Shown here piece after piece: positions 8,167-17,362 of a DNA stretch of 64,000 nt. The DNA comes from Verrucomicrobiales bacterium. Lineage in GTDB: Bacteria; Verrucomicrobiota; Verrucomicrobiia; Verrucomicrobiales; V1-33. Both the position numbers and the translations under genes were made by a program. Within the stretch, counting starts at the first letter, position 1, and every line of letters starts with the position of its first letter. The notes beneath the pieces are model-generated. The model saw nothing but the letters and a program-made list of their open reading frames with translations, did no database searches and was not told where the DNA came from. The stretch is from NCBI GenBank assembly GCA_031411295.1, contig JANOAV010000157.1:96001-160000 (forward strand). Reading direction: 5' to 3'.

Positions 8167-10737
8167 TTAGTCGAGATAAAGCATGCCATTGGATGCCAGC
8201 AACGCCTGACACCAGGCGGCCCAGTCTTGATTGGAATTCGTCAGGAAAATCAATGCCTGCGAGGTTTCGTTCTGCGTGGGCGGACGGCCAAAGATTAATT
8301 CCCAACCACGCGCAATGCGCATTAAATGATCGTTCGGCACCTCCCGCTCCAACCGCTGCGCCATTGCCAGCGACTGCTCGGCAATGAACGCATCGTTCAT
8401 CAGCAGCAAACTTTGCTGCGCCACGGTTGTCGTCGGACGCACCTCACAGTTAGGCGACATCGTGGGCAGATCAAATGTCTCCAACACCGTCAGCGGACGA
8501 CTCCGCCGCTGCTCCATGTAAACACTGCGACGGAATGCGGCCTCGCCCAAAGTTTTCACTGCGATCACTTCCGAGTTTGGATTCAACTCCTCCACCCCCG
8601 TAACTACCTGCCCACCCGGATGTCGCGCCACTGCCACTGCTGGTCCGCCAGCGGTGAGATTTAATTTGCCCGCTACCGCCAAAATGCTATCGCGCAAACT
8701 CTCCGCATCCAACCGACGCAACGGATACCTTGCCAGCCATTGGTTGGCGGGATCCCGCTCACTGGACAACGCATTCTGTCCCGACTGTCGATAGACGGCA
8801 GACGTGACGATCAAGCGCTGCAGCGATTTCAACTTCCACCCGCCCTTCACGAATTCTCCCGCCAAAAAATCCAGCAACGCAGGATGAGATGGCCGTGCTC
8901 CCAGCGCTCCAAAGTCCCCGGTGGTCGCGACGATGCCACGACCGAAATGATGCATCCAGAATCGATTGACTAACACCCGTGCCACCAACGGATGATTGCC
9001 GCTCGTCAGCCACTGGGCATACGCCAGTCGCCTGCCGGTGGTGGGGCGCGCAGGATCCTTGGGCGAAATTTTTGGTGCCACCGCCGATAAGATTTCCAGT
9101 TCCCCTGGCAGCACCTTTTGCTTCGGTTGCTCATGATCGCCTCGGTGGAATAACACGGTCTCCACAGTGGATCCAGACGGCTCTGTTAAGGCCATGAGGA
9201 AATTTTCCAGCGGACGTGTGTTGCGGAACTCCTGAGTCTTTTTCCGCTCGGCAATGTTGATTTTCTCGGCCGCTCCATCAAACACATTGAGCAATCCTTC
9301 TGCCGTGCCCACGTTCACTCCGGGATTCTCTTTGAAGAACGCCTGCTGTTCTGCATCGCGCTTTCCGGGCTCAGTATTGCGTGCCGTGCGAATCCATTCC
9401 TGCTTCTCTGCCGGAAATTTCTTCAACCGTTCATCGAAAATTTCATCCAATCGTTGTTTCGCCCGCAACTGCCGATCGGCATCCTGCTTCACAGCCTCGG
9501 CCTCTATCTCCGCTGCCTTCTTTCGATCCTCCTCTGTGTAGAGGGAATACAGTCGCTCATTGGGCGCACGCCATTGCTTCCAATCCAGCGCAGGCTCAAA
9601 CAACGCTCGCAGGCGATGGTAATCCTCATGCGAGATGGGATCGTAGCGATGATCATGGCACTGCGCGCATCCCACGGTCAAGCCGAGCAATGATGAACTA
9701 ACCACTTTCAACGTTTCCGCCACCGCCTGATTCTTTGCCAAGGCCGCATCCGCCGGATTATCCCCCGTGCCGTCCGGGGCCATGCGGAGAAAGCCAGTGG
9801 CTGTTAGCAACGCTTGATTTCCTGGTTGGTGAATGCTGGCCAGGGCATTCTCATGCGTCACTGCCATCAGTTCATCTCCCGCCAGTTGCTCGCGAATAAA
9901 CACATCCCATGGCTTGTCGGCATTCATCGCCTCAATCACATAATCCCGATAATGCCACGCATGGGGTCGGGGCGAATCGATTTCCGTATAACCATTCGAG
10001 TCCGCATAGCCCGCCACGTCCAGCCAGTGCCGGCCCCAACGTTCGCCATACTGGGGCAGACTCAGCAGCCGATCCACCTGCTGCTCATAGGCATCCGGGC
10101 TGGTATCATTAACGAATGCCTGCAACTCTTCCGGGCTCGGTGGCAGGCCGATCAAATCAAACGAGAGCCGTCGCAGCAACGTCCTGCGATCCGCCTCAGG
10201 AGCCATCACCAGCCCCTGCGCTGGCAGTTTCTCCAACACGAACGCATCAATCGGATTTCGCACCCGAGCCGCGTCCACCGTTGGCACCGGCGGTTTGGAG
10301 ATCGGTTGGAAGGACCAAAATTCCCGATCCTCTTCGGTGAAAAACACCGCCGGCACTTGCTCTGGCTCCGCGCGCAAGGTAGGCGCACCCGCTGCAATCC
10401 ATTGTTCCAAAATCAAGATTTCCGCCGCAGTCACCTTCTTCTCCGACTTTGGCATCTCGCCTGCCTTCACCAATTTCAGCAGCAAACTCTGCTCCGGATG
10501 ACCCGGCACCATCACGGGTCCCTCTTCCGTGGACTTCAAGAGCAGCCGACGCAATCGCAGGTCCACCTCCCCTTCCATTTTACCCGCCTCACCATGACAC
10601 TGGAAACAATGCGCTTTAAGAATCGGCCGCACATCCCGCTCAAATGAAAGCCCAGCCTCCACTGTAGCAATGCTGAACAGAAGTAGCGAGCCACAGACAA
10701 GGAGCGTCTGGAGGGATCTGGGATTTTGAAACTGCAT
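8167..10737 (-). CDS. Planctomycete cytochrome c / DUF1549 / DUF1553 (PSD1) domain protein
   Basis: FERDVRPILKAHCFQCHG (CxxCH), FWSFQP, GERWGRHWLDVAGYADS, CAQCHDH, ARVLVNRFW and RRLDAESLRD. Start moved to the ATG at 10737, which gives a signal peptide and removes the overlap with the divergent gene. Confidence 0.9.
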   Translation of the reverse strand: MQFQNPRSLQTLLVCGSLLLFSIATVEAGLSFERDVRPILKAHCFQCHGEAGKMEGEVDLRLRRLLLKSTEEGPVMVPGHPEQSLLLKLVKAGEMPKSEKKVTAAEILILEQWIAAGAPTLRAEPEQVPAVFFTEEDREFWSFQPISKPPVPTVDAARVRNPIDAFVLEKLPAQGLVMAPEADRRTLLRRLSFDLIGLPPSPEELQAFVNDTSPDAYEQQVDRLLSLPQYGERWGRHWLDVAGYADSNGYTEIDSPRPHAWHYRDYVIEAMNADKPWDVFIREQLAGDELMAVTHENALASIHQPGNQALLTATGFLRMAPDGTGDNPADAALAKNQAVAETLKVVSSSLLGLTVGCAQCHDHRYDPISHEDYHRLRALFEPALDWKQWRAPNERLYSLYTEEDRKKAAEIEAEAVKQDADRQLRAKQRLDEIFDERLKKFPAEKQEWIRTARNTEPGKRDAEQQAFFKENPGVNVGTAEGLLNVFDGAAEKINIAERKKTQEFRNTRPLENFLMALTEPSGSTVETVLFHRGDHEQPKQKVLPGELEILSAVAPKISPKDPARPTTGRRLAYAQWLTSGNHPLVARVLVNRFWMHHFGRGIVATTGDFGALGARPSHPALLDFLAGEFVKGGWKLKSLQRLIVTSAVYRQSGQNALSSERDPANQWLARYPLRRLDAESLRDSILAVAGKLNLTAGGPAVAVARHPGGQVVTGVEELNPNSEVIAVKTLGEAAFRRSVYMEQRRSRPLTVLETFDLPTMSPNCEVRPTTTVAQQSLLLMNDAFIAEQSLAMAQRLEREVPNDHLMRIARGWELIFGRPPTQNETSQALIFLTNSNQDWAAWCQALLASNGMLYLD

Positions 10738-10875
10738 GAGAATGGAGGCAATGAAGAAACCTCCATTGTGCGGCTGGGTCAAAATCCTTCCGTAACCTTT
10801 ATAAGTATGCGGAGCCCACGGGAAGCAGCTCTCGGTGCCCGCTGTCTGAAGCCGCCAGTGATAACACTGTGGAAT

Positions 10876-10891
10876 TGGCATAGCGCTTGCT
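10876..10891 (+). promoter_or_regulatory. Sigma-54 (-24/-12) promoter
   Basis: TGGCATAGCGCTTGCT fits TGGCACG-N4-TTGCW with exact GG-N10-GC spacing, 24 bp before the PEP-CTERM start. Confidence 0.7.
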
Positions 10892-10915
10892 CCTGAGGAC
10901 AGTCCATTCCTTCCT

Positions 10916-13366
10916 ATGAAACCCATTTCCCTCTTCCTCGCTGCATTTCTAACCGCATCCTCGGTTCGAACCACCTATGCCATCACCGTTTACTGGGACA
11001 GCAATGGGGCGACGCTCGGTGCTGGTGGAGCCGCGCCCACAGGGATCTGGGGCACGGATGCCTTTTGGAGCACAGACTCCGCTGGCGGCGTGGCCACGGC
11101 GGCTTGGACGTCTGGAGATACCGCAGTCTTTGCGGCGGGAACGGATGCCATCGGAGCCTATACCGTAACCGTCAATGGCACCCAGACAGCAGGCGGGCTC
11201 ACCATTGAGGAGGGCTCCGTTAGCTTCGCTACTGGCACGGTATCCGTGGGTGCGGGAGCCATTGTCGTCGGAGCTGGAGCCACCTTAAGCACCGATAGTA
11301 ATGCGCGCATTGTTACCACTGCCGGATCGACGGTGACATTGGATGGAGGCACGTTGCGAACCACCAATACCGGAACGGCAGGCACCTTCTTCGACACAGA
11401 CTCGCAAATTATTCTTGGGGCTGCCGGAGGCACGTTTGCTTACAGCGTTACCAACGTTTTAAACATTGTGCAAACCGCCACAAAGATCACAGGCACCGGT
11501 TCCTTGACCAAAACCGGACCGGGTGTCCTCGCCATCGCGAGCACCGCCGGCAATAACACCTATTCCGGCGGCACGATCATCAATGATGGCGAACTGCGAA
11601 TGCGAACGGTTGTAAATACGCTGCCCGTGACTACCGCGGTTACGGTAACTAGTCCGGGGATTTTCAATCTGAACGGTGTCAGCACACAAATCGGTTCATT
11701 GACTGGCAATGGCAATGTGGGGACTGATGCGGGGACCCTTACCATCAGTGGGGCCACCAGCACCACGTTCGATGGGGCGCTCAAGAACATTGCCAACGCC
11801 GGGGCTGCCGGGGTCACGACGGGGAATGGCCGACTCATCAAGGACGGGGCCGGGGTCATCACCTTCAATGGCTTGAATGACATCAACGGCAGCGTCACCC
11901 TGATCGCTGGCGGCATTATTGTGACTGCAGGTGCTTCACTCTGCGGCCCGATTGCTGATGTCACCGTCAACGGCGGAACCCTAACCCTCAACAATAGTGC
12001 GCAGAGCATTGAGAATCTGGCAGGCACGGGAGGCACGATTAAACTTGATGGCCTCAATCACATCCTCACCTCTGATCCGATTGGCAGCACCACCTACGCT
12101 GGAACTATCGCCGGTATCGGTGGTATCACCCGGCTAAACGCCAGCGCGACCAAACGAACCCTCACCCTAACCGGACCAAACACCTATGACGGCCCGACTT
12201 TGGTCAGTGCAGGTATCATCGCAGTAGGTTCCGCCACCGCCCTCGGCAGCACCGTGGGCGCTACCGAGGTGGCCAACGGGGCGGAAATCCTCTTCACGGG
12301 AGTGGCGGCAAATTTTACGGTCAATGAGGCTTTCAAAATCGCGGGAGCGGGAGCTACCGATGGTGGGGCCATTTCCGTCATCTCCAGCGCAGCGCCAACG
12401 ATCAGCGGCCCCATCACGCTGTCGGGAGATACCACCATCACCGTTTCCGGCAGTGCTTCCGCGACATTTAGCAATCCGGCTGCGTTCACCTCGCTTTCCA
12501 ATCAAAACCTCACACTAACAGGTGGGGCCAACGCCAGCGGGACTAAGTTAGTTTCTGGGGTCATTGCGCTTGGGACTGGGAAACTCACCAAAGCACAAGG
12601 AGGAACCTGGATTCTGACCGCCGCTAATACTTACAGCGGCATTACCGATATTCAGGCCGGAATACTTCAGTTGGGCACGGGATTGGCTGGCGCAGACGGG
12701 ACCATTGCCAACAGCACTGGCGTGAGCATCGCGACTGGTGCTTCGCTTAACTTCAATCGCTTTGGCAATGACAGCTTTAGTGGAAGCATCAGCGGATTAG
12801 GATCGGTCACCAAGGCCGGTCCCGGGGTGCAGACACTTGCGGGAACCAACACCTACAGCGGTTCCACCAACATTACGGGCGGCACACTGCTGCTCGGTTC
12901 AGCCACGGGCCTATCCAGCGCAGCCAACGTTACCCTCAGCACCGGCACCCTGAAGACCGGTGGCTACAGCGGGACGACCACCGGCAGCCTCAGCTTGAAC
13001 GGAAACAGTGTGATCGATTTCATCGACGCCACTTCCGTCCTCGCATTCAACTCCAATGTCACCGGCAGTTGGTCAGGCATTCTTTCCATCTGGAATTGGG
13101 ATGGATCGGTGTGGGCGTCCGGAGGCACCGAGAAACTAATTTTTACCAGCAGCACCCTAACCGCGCCCCAGTTGGCCTCGATTCAGTTTTATAGTGACGG
13201 CGGGGACACCAAAATTGGCACCGGGGCCGACTTTTTGAGCGGTGCGGGAAATGGCGAACTGATTCCGGTTCCGGAACCGTCTGCGCTGCTCGGTGGCTTG
13301 TTTCTGGGAGTTGCCATCGGATATCGTGAACGGAGGAAACGCGCCGCTTTTACGCGTGAGGCCTAG
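10916..13366 (+). CDS. Autotransporter-associated beta-strand repeat protein with PEP-CTERM sorting signal
   Basis: Signal peptide; repeats such as LTKxGxG..NTYSGxTxIxxGxL; C-terminal VPEPS, hydrophobic helix and RERRKR; no beta-barrel. Confidence 0.92.
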   Translation: MKPISLFLAAFLTASSVRTTYAITVYWDSNGATLGAGGAAPTGIWGTDAFWSTDSAGGVATAAWTSGDTAVFAAGTDAIGAYTVTVNGTQTAGGLTIEEGSVSFATGTVSVGAGAIVVGAGATLSTDSNARIVTTAGSTVTLDGGTLRTTNTGTAGTFFDTDSQIILGAAGGTFAYSVTNVLNIVQTATKITGTGSLTKTGPGVLAIASTAGNNTYSGGTIINDGELRMRTVVNTLPVTTAVTVTSPGIFNLNGVSTQIGSLTGNGNVGTDAGTLTISGATSTTFDGALKNIANAGAAGVTTGNGRLIKDGAGVITFNGLNDINGSVTLIAGGIIVTAGASLCGPIADVTVNGGTLTLNNSAQSIENLAGTGGTIKLDGLNHILTSDPIGSTTYAGTIAGIGGITRLNASATKRTLTLTGPNTYDGPTLVSAGIIAVGSATALGSTVGATEVANGAEILFTGVAANFTVNEAFKIAGAGATDGGAISVISSAAPTISGPITLSGDTTITVSGSASATFSNPAAFTSLSNQNLTLTGGANASGTKLVSGVIALGTGKLTKAQGGTWILTAANTYSGITDIQAGILQLGTGLAGADGTIANSTGVSIATGASLNFNRFGNDSFSGSISGLGSVTKAGPGVQTLAGTNTYSGSTNITGGTLLLGSATGLSSAANVTLSTGTLKTGGYSGTTTGSLSLNGNSVIDFIDATSVLAFNSNVTGSWSGILSIWNWDGSVWASGGTEKLIFTSSTLTAPQLASIQFYSDGGDTKIGTGADFLSGAGNGELIPVPEPSALLGGLFLGVAIGYRERRKRAAFTREA

Positions 13367-14103
13367 ACTAAGGCATGCTCGCGGAAACTGAAATAGCCCT
13401 GGGGGTAAGCTTCGCTAACTTGTCCGAGAATCACGTGATCCACGAAACGGGCCTGCATCAATTCGGCGGCATCTTTGATGCGACGGGTGAACTGACGATC
13501 TGCTCCGCTGGGTGAACAATCACCACTGGGATGGTTATGCACCACCGAAAAAGCATAGGCTCCATGCACGATGACGGGGCGCAGGATATCGCGAACATTG
13601 GCCGTGACTTCGTTGACACTGCCCAAATGAATTTCCTGGACGGACATGAGCGTGAGCCGTGTGGTCATGAGGACCACGCGGAGAGATTCCTTCGCTAACA
13701 TGCGCATTTCCGGTCCCAGCAACTCCGCGATGGCCTCCGGGGTATCAATCGGACGATTGACAAAGCGCTCGGCGGCCATGCGTTTACCCAGCGCCAGAGC
13801 GGCCGCCAGGTGAATGGCTTTGGCCTCCCCCACCCCTTTTTGTTGCATCAACTCAGGCACATCCACGCGGCTCAACTGGCTCAAACTATTCCCATACCGG
13901 GCCAGCAGGGCTTTGCTCATTTCCACCACATTGAGCCCCGCAGTGCCAGTGCCAAAGAACAACGCCAACAATTCGGCAACAGACAGTGCTTGTTCGCCCA
14001 ATGCCAGAAAACGCTCACGCGGCATGTCCGACTTGGCCATGTCCTTGAGTCGCGTCGATGCTGGCGCAGTCGCGATTAGCTCTTCTGAACGATCTTCGCC
14101 CAC
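13363..14103 (-). CDS. radC: RadC-family JAB/MPN domain protein
   Basis: PRERF..LSVAELLA, helix-hairpin-helix GVGEAKA and JAB motif HNHPSGDCSPSGAD...DHVI. Start is uncertain (GTG 14103 or ATG 14040). Confidence 0.9.
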   Translation of the reverse strand: MGEDRSEELIATAPASTRLKDMAKSDMPRERFLALGEQALSVAELLALFFGTGTAGLNVVEMSKALLARYGNSLSQLSRVDVPELMQQKGVGEAKAIHLAAALALGKRMAAERFVNRPIDTPEAIAELLGPEMRMLAKESLRVVLMTTRLTLMSVQEIHLGSVNEVTANVRDILRPVIVHGAYAFSVVHNHPSGDCSPSGADRQFTRRIKDAAELMQARFVDHVILGQVSEAYPQGYFSFREHALV

Positions 14104-15773
14104 GTGTCTTTCAGGGTGACGGTGCGATTGATAACAATTGCTCCAGGCTTGCTGTGTTTGGTATCGATGCAGAAATAACCCGTGCGCTCGAATTGGAATC
14201 GGGAACCGGCAGGCAAGTCCAGCACGGCACACTCCACCTTGGCGTTAGGTAAAATTTCCAAGGAATCTGGGTTGAGATAATCCTCGTAATCCTTGTCCTC
14301 CGGAATATCGGCCAGATCGGGCAGCGTGAACTGGCGATCATAGAGCCGCACTTCCGCATTACCAGCTTGAGGCGCGCTGAGCCAATGAATGACAGCGGTG
14401 CCTTTCTTGGGGGCAACGTTGTGGCTGGTGGGATCGTAGGTGCAACGGAGTTCCGTGATGTTGCCAGCGGCATCCTTGATGACTTCCTCACAGGTGATGA
14501 GGTAGGCGTAGCGAAGTTTCACGGACTTGCCGACACTGAGTCGGAAATATTTCGGCGGCGGGATTTCCATGAAATCGTCGTGCTCAATGTAAAGCTCCCG
14601 GCTGAAAGGAATGTTCCGCACGCCGCCTTCCGGGTCTTCGGGATTGTTGACGGCTTCGAGTTGTTCCAATTGGCCTTCGGGGTAATTCGTGATGACGACC
14701 TTGAGCGGTCGCAACACGCCGAGGAAGCGGGGGGCTGCTTTATTTAAATGCTCGCGGATGCAGAACTCCAAGACGGCTACATCGGTCTGACTGTTGAATT
14801 TCGTCAGGCCGATTTTCTTGCAGAAATTGCGAATCCCTTCCGGCGTATACCCCCGACGACGCAGGCCACAAATGGTGGGCATCCGCGGATCATCCCAACC
14901 ATCCACCAAGCCCTTTTCCACCATTTGCAGCAGCTTCCGCTTGGACATGGCGGTATAGGTTAGATTGAGACGGGAGAACTCGATTTGGCGGGGATGGCTC
15001 GGAGCACTAACATTATCGATGAGCCAGTGGTAAAGGGGGCGATGATCCTCGAATTCCAAAGTGCAGACGGAATGGGTGACGCCTTCGATGGCGTCCGAGA
15101 ATCCGTGCGCCATGTCGTAGGTGGGATAGATGCACCATTTGTCACCAGTGCGATCATGCGGCACTTTCTTGATGCGATAGAGCACGGGATCCCGCAGATT
15201 CATATTGGCGGAGGCCATGTCAATCTTCGCGCGCAAGGTGCGGCTGCCGTCGGCAAATTCCCCTGCCTTCATGCGGGCGAACAAATCGAGATTTTCGGCC
15301 ACCGAGCGGTCCCGGAAAGGACTGTTTTTCCCTGCTTCCGTCAGCGAGCCCCGCGTGAAGCGCGTTTCCTCAGCATTCAAATCGCAAACGTAGGCCAGAC
15401 CCTTTTCAATCAACTCGATGGCCCAGGCGTGAATCTGATCGAAGTAATCGGACGCATGGAATAGGCTCTCCCCCCAGTCGAAGCCCAGCCAACGGACGTC
15501 TTCTTTAATGGATTCGACATACTCCATGTCTTCCTTCACAGGATTCGTGTCATCGAAACGCAGGTGGCAGCGGGAGCCGGGGTTCTCCTGGGCCAGACCG
15601 AAATTTAAGCAGATCGACTTCGCGTGGCCGATGTGGAGATATCCGTTGGGTTCGGGAGGAAAGCGCGTTACCACGAAAGGATGCTTGCCGGAGGCAAGAT
15701 CGTCCCGGACGATTTCGCGAATGAAATCGAGGGATTCAACAGGGGGATCGGTGGCAGCAGACGGTTGGGACAT
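14076..15773 (-). CDS. glnS: Glutamine--tRNA ligase
   Basis: TRFPPEPNGYLHIGHAKSICLNFG, RFDDTNP, MSKRKL, GWDDPRMPT and FQFERTGYF; start placed at ATG 15773. Confidence 0.97.
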   Translation of the reverse strand: MSQPSAATDPPVESLDFIREIVRDDLASGKHPFVVTRFPPEPNGYLHIGHAKSICLNFGLAQENPGSRCHLRFDDTNPVKEDMEYVESIKEDVRWLGFDWGESLFHASDYFDQIHAWAIELIEKGLAYVCDLNAEETRFTRGSLTEAGKNSPFRDRSVAENLDLFARMKAGEFADGSRTLRAKIDMASANMNLRDPVLYRIKKVPHDRTGDKWCIYPTYDMAHGFSDAIEGVTHSVCTLEFEDHRPLYHWLIDNVSAPSHPRQIEFSRLNLTYTAMSKRKLLQMVEKGLVDGWDDPRMPTICGLRRRGYTPEGIRNFCKKIGLTKFNSQTDVAVLEFCIREHLNKAAPRFLGVLRPLKVVITNYPEGQLEQLEAVNNPEDPEGGVRNIPFSRELYIEHDDFMEIPPPKYFRLSVGKSVKLRYAYLITCEEVIKDAAGNITELRCTYDPTSHNVAPKKGTAVIHWLSAPQAGNAEVRLYDRQFTLPDLADIPEDKDYEDYLNPDSLEILPNAKVECAVLDLPAGSRFQFERTGYFCIDTKHSKPGAIVINRTVTLKDTWAKIVQKS

Positions 15774-15873
15774 AACAAAAACAGAGTTTGGTAAAGAGGG
15801 AACGAGATGCTTCGCGAAATCGGCCGCAGAATCAACCGCAATGATCGAAATGCAGCAAATGAAGGAAAAAATT

Positions 15874-15902
15874 TTGACAACGCGCAACTCATCGCCTAAA
15901 GA
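15874..15902 (+). promoter_or_regulatory. Putative sigma-70 promoter of tRNA-Arg
   Basis: TTGACA-17 bp-TAAAGA, 19 bp upstream of the tRNA; the -10 element is imperfect. Confidence 0.5.
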
Positions 15903-15921
15903 ATGCTTCGCAGCAAACCAA

Positions 15922-15995
15922 GCACCCATAGCTCAATTGGATAGAGTATTTGACTACGAATCAAAAGGTTCCAGGTTCGAGTCCTGGTGGGTGCA
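15922..15995 (+). tRNA. tRNA-Arg (ACG), CCA not encoded
   Basis: Acceptor stem GCACCCA/TGGGTGC, D arm AGCTCAATTGGATAGAGT, anticodon arm TTTGA-CTACGAA-TCAAA and T arm CCAGG-TTCGAGT-CCTGG. Confidence 0.97.
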
Positions 15996-16018
15996 CTTTA
16001 CTTTTTGAACCATCTGCG

Positions 16019-16047
16019 GCCGCCATTAATTTTGGCGGCATTTTTGT
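16019..16047 (+). terminator. Probable intrinsic terminator after tRNA-Arg
   Basis: GCCGCCA-TTAATTT-TGGCGGC stem followed by ATTTTTGT. Confidence 0.7.
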
Positions 16048-16103
16048 GCCGATCACTGGGCATCTGAACAAAAGAAGAAAAAATAGTTGCGAAAGCCACG
16101 GAC

Positions 16104-16122
16104 TGCCATACCGTGTATGGCA
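16104..16122. promoter_or_regulatory. Palindromic operator of vapBC (autorepression site)
   Basis: Perfect 8-bp inverted repeat TGCCATAC-CGT-GTATGGCA ending on the A of the antitoxin ATG. Confidence 0.7.
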
Positions 16123-16361
16123 TGAAAATGACAATGCACATAGATGAACCCTTACTCAAATCCGTCATGGACGCCTATAACTTCAATAGCAAGACAGACG
16201 CCGTGGATTCCGCCCTCCGGGAAATGATCCGCCGCTTCAAAATCCGCCAGTTTGCCAAGGACGGCCTTGGTTTCTCTGCGGATGAATTGCGCGCCTCGGT
16301 AGACGCGGATTATGATCCAAGGACCCTCCGTGTGGCCGAAGACTCTCCCGGCCATGCGTGA
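16122..16361 (+). CDS. vapB: Type II antitoxin, VapB family (ribbon-helix-helix-like)
   Basis: 79 aa, MKMTMHIDEPLL...SKTDAVDSALREMIRR; overlaps the downstream PIN gene by 8 nt. Confidence 0.85.
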   Translation: MKMTMHIDEPLLKSVMDAYNFNSKTDAVDSALREMIRRFKIRQFAKDGLGFSADELRASVDADYDPRTLRVAEDSPGHA

Positions 16362-16767
16362 GGAGTTACCCGTGATGGTGGACAGCAACGTCTTCATCAA
16401 TTGCTTAAAAAAGGGCCTCGATCCGGTGGAGCAATTGTCCGAACGGTATTCCGTTTCGGAGCTGGTGACCTGCGGCATGATCAAGCTCGAGGTGCTCCGG
16501 GGTATCAAGAACTTGAAAGTGCGGGATCGCCTAGCCGAATTCATGAGCATCATGCAATACGTCGTGGCAGACAACCGGATCTGGGAGGAAGCCACCGAGA
16601 TCGCGTGGCGGCTCAGTCGCACCGGAAGCTCGCTGGCAGGCGCAGATGCCGTGATTGCAGCATCCGCCGTGCGTGCTGATGCGGTCCTGTTGACGGCGGA
16701 TCGGGACTTTGAGCCAATTGGAAACTTGGATCTGGACTTCCGTTTGGAGCGGCCGTTCTGGCTCTAG
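16354..16767 (+). CDS. vapC: PIN-domain toxin, VapC family
   Basis: VMVDSNVFI, conserved E (KLEVLRG), ADAVIAASA and LLTADRDF give the acidic PIN active-site residues. Confidence 0.92.
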   Translation: MREELPVMVDSNVFINCLKKGLDPVEQLSERYSVSELVTCGMIKLEVLRGIKNLKVRDRLAEFMSIMQYVVADNRIWEEATEIAWRLSRTGSSLAGADAVIAASAVRADAVLLTADRDFEPIGNLDLDFRLERPFWL

Positions 16768-16774
16768 CCTCTGA

Positions 16775-17341
16775 CTAGTCGCGAGCCCGTGGCTCACGGT
16801 CAATCGCTCCCTCAGCACCGCCCGAAGATACGAATGGCCCGCCAGCCAGCGGGGCAATACCCGTGAAAGCCACTTCTGGCACGTCGGTGGATTTTCCTGC
16901 CAGCGGAAACTCTTTGCGCAGCGGGAAATACGGATATCCATCCCACATCAGAATGCGGCGGAGGTCTGGGTGATTGGAGAACGTAATGCCCATCATGTCA
17001 TAGACCTCGCGTTCGTGCCAATTGGCGGTGGGGTAGATATCGGAAACGGTGGGGGCCTCCGTGTCGTCCTCGCTAATGGGGAACTTAATCCGCAAATGGC
17101 TTTTGCCGCTGATGCTGTAGATTTCGTAAACCATCTCGAAGCGAGGATCCTGCCCCATGTGGTCCACGCTGGAAATATCCAGCATCAGATCGTAGGCCAG
17201 TTCATCGCGACAATATTTGATGAGGGCGTAGGCCACTGCCTTGGTGGTGTGGATGGTCGTTTCGCCACGGAATTCGACCACCGCGGTCACGCCGTCGTTA
17301 AATTTGGATTTGAGCGCTTGGGCAGATTCTACAGCAGTCAT
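16775..17341 (-). CDS. nuoC: NADH-quinone oxidoreductase subunit C
   Basis: RFEMVY, ANWHEREVYDMMGITF.NHPDLRRILM and PLRKEFPL. Confidence 0.96.
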   Translation of the reverse strand: MTAVESAQALKSKFNDGVTAVVEFRGETTIHTTKAVAYALIKYCRDELAYDLMLDISSVDHMGQDPRFEMVYEIYSISGKSHLRIKFPISEDDTEAPTVSDIYPTANWHEREVYDMMGITFSNHPDLRRILMWDGYPYFPLRKEFPLAGKSTDVPEVAFTGIAPLAGGPFVSSGGAEGAIDREPRARD

Positions 17342-17362
17342 GAGCTTGGTTCGAAAATCAGG

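Noticed and set aside
10738..10974. 79-aa N-terminal extension of the DUF1549/1553 ORF
   Set aside because: It would overlap the divergent gene and its promoter; the ATG at 10737 gives a normal signal peptide.
11740..11765. ISGATS as an ApbE flavinylation site
   Set aside because: It lacks the upstream Asp spacing and FMN-binding domain context; such words are expected by chance in Gly/Ala/Thr-rich repeats.
10916..13366. Classical autotransporter
   Set aside because: There is no C-terminal beta-barrel; the protein ends in PEP-CTERM.
13363..13366. Convergent genes sharing CTAG as overlapping stop codons
   Set aside because: Real, but a common result of compact gene packing with no evidence of function.
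13363..14103. radC as a marker of a mobile or anti-restriction element
   Set aside because: It is the full-length form with the helix-hairpin-helix region next to glnS, i.e. the ordinary chromosomal type.
15774..15929. Upstream extension of glnS
   Set aside because: It runs into the tRNA and its promoter; GlnS similarity begins after the Met at 15773.
15922..16775. Integrative element at tRNA-Arg
   Set aside because: No integrase, and I saw no duplicated tRNA 3' end in the window; only a TA pair is present.
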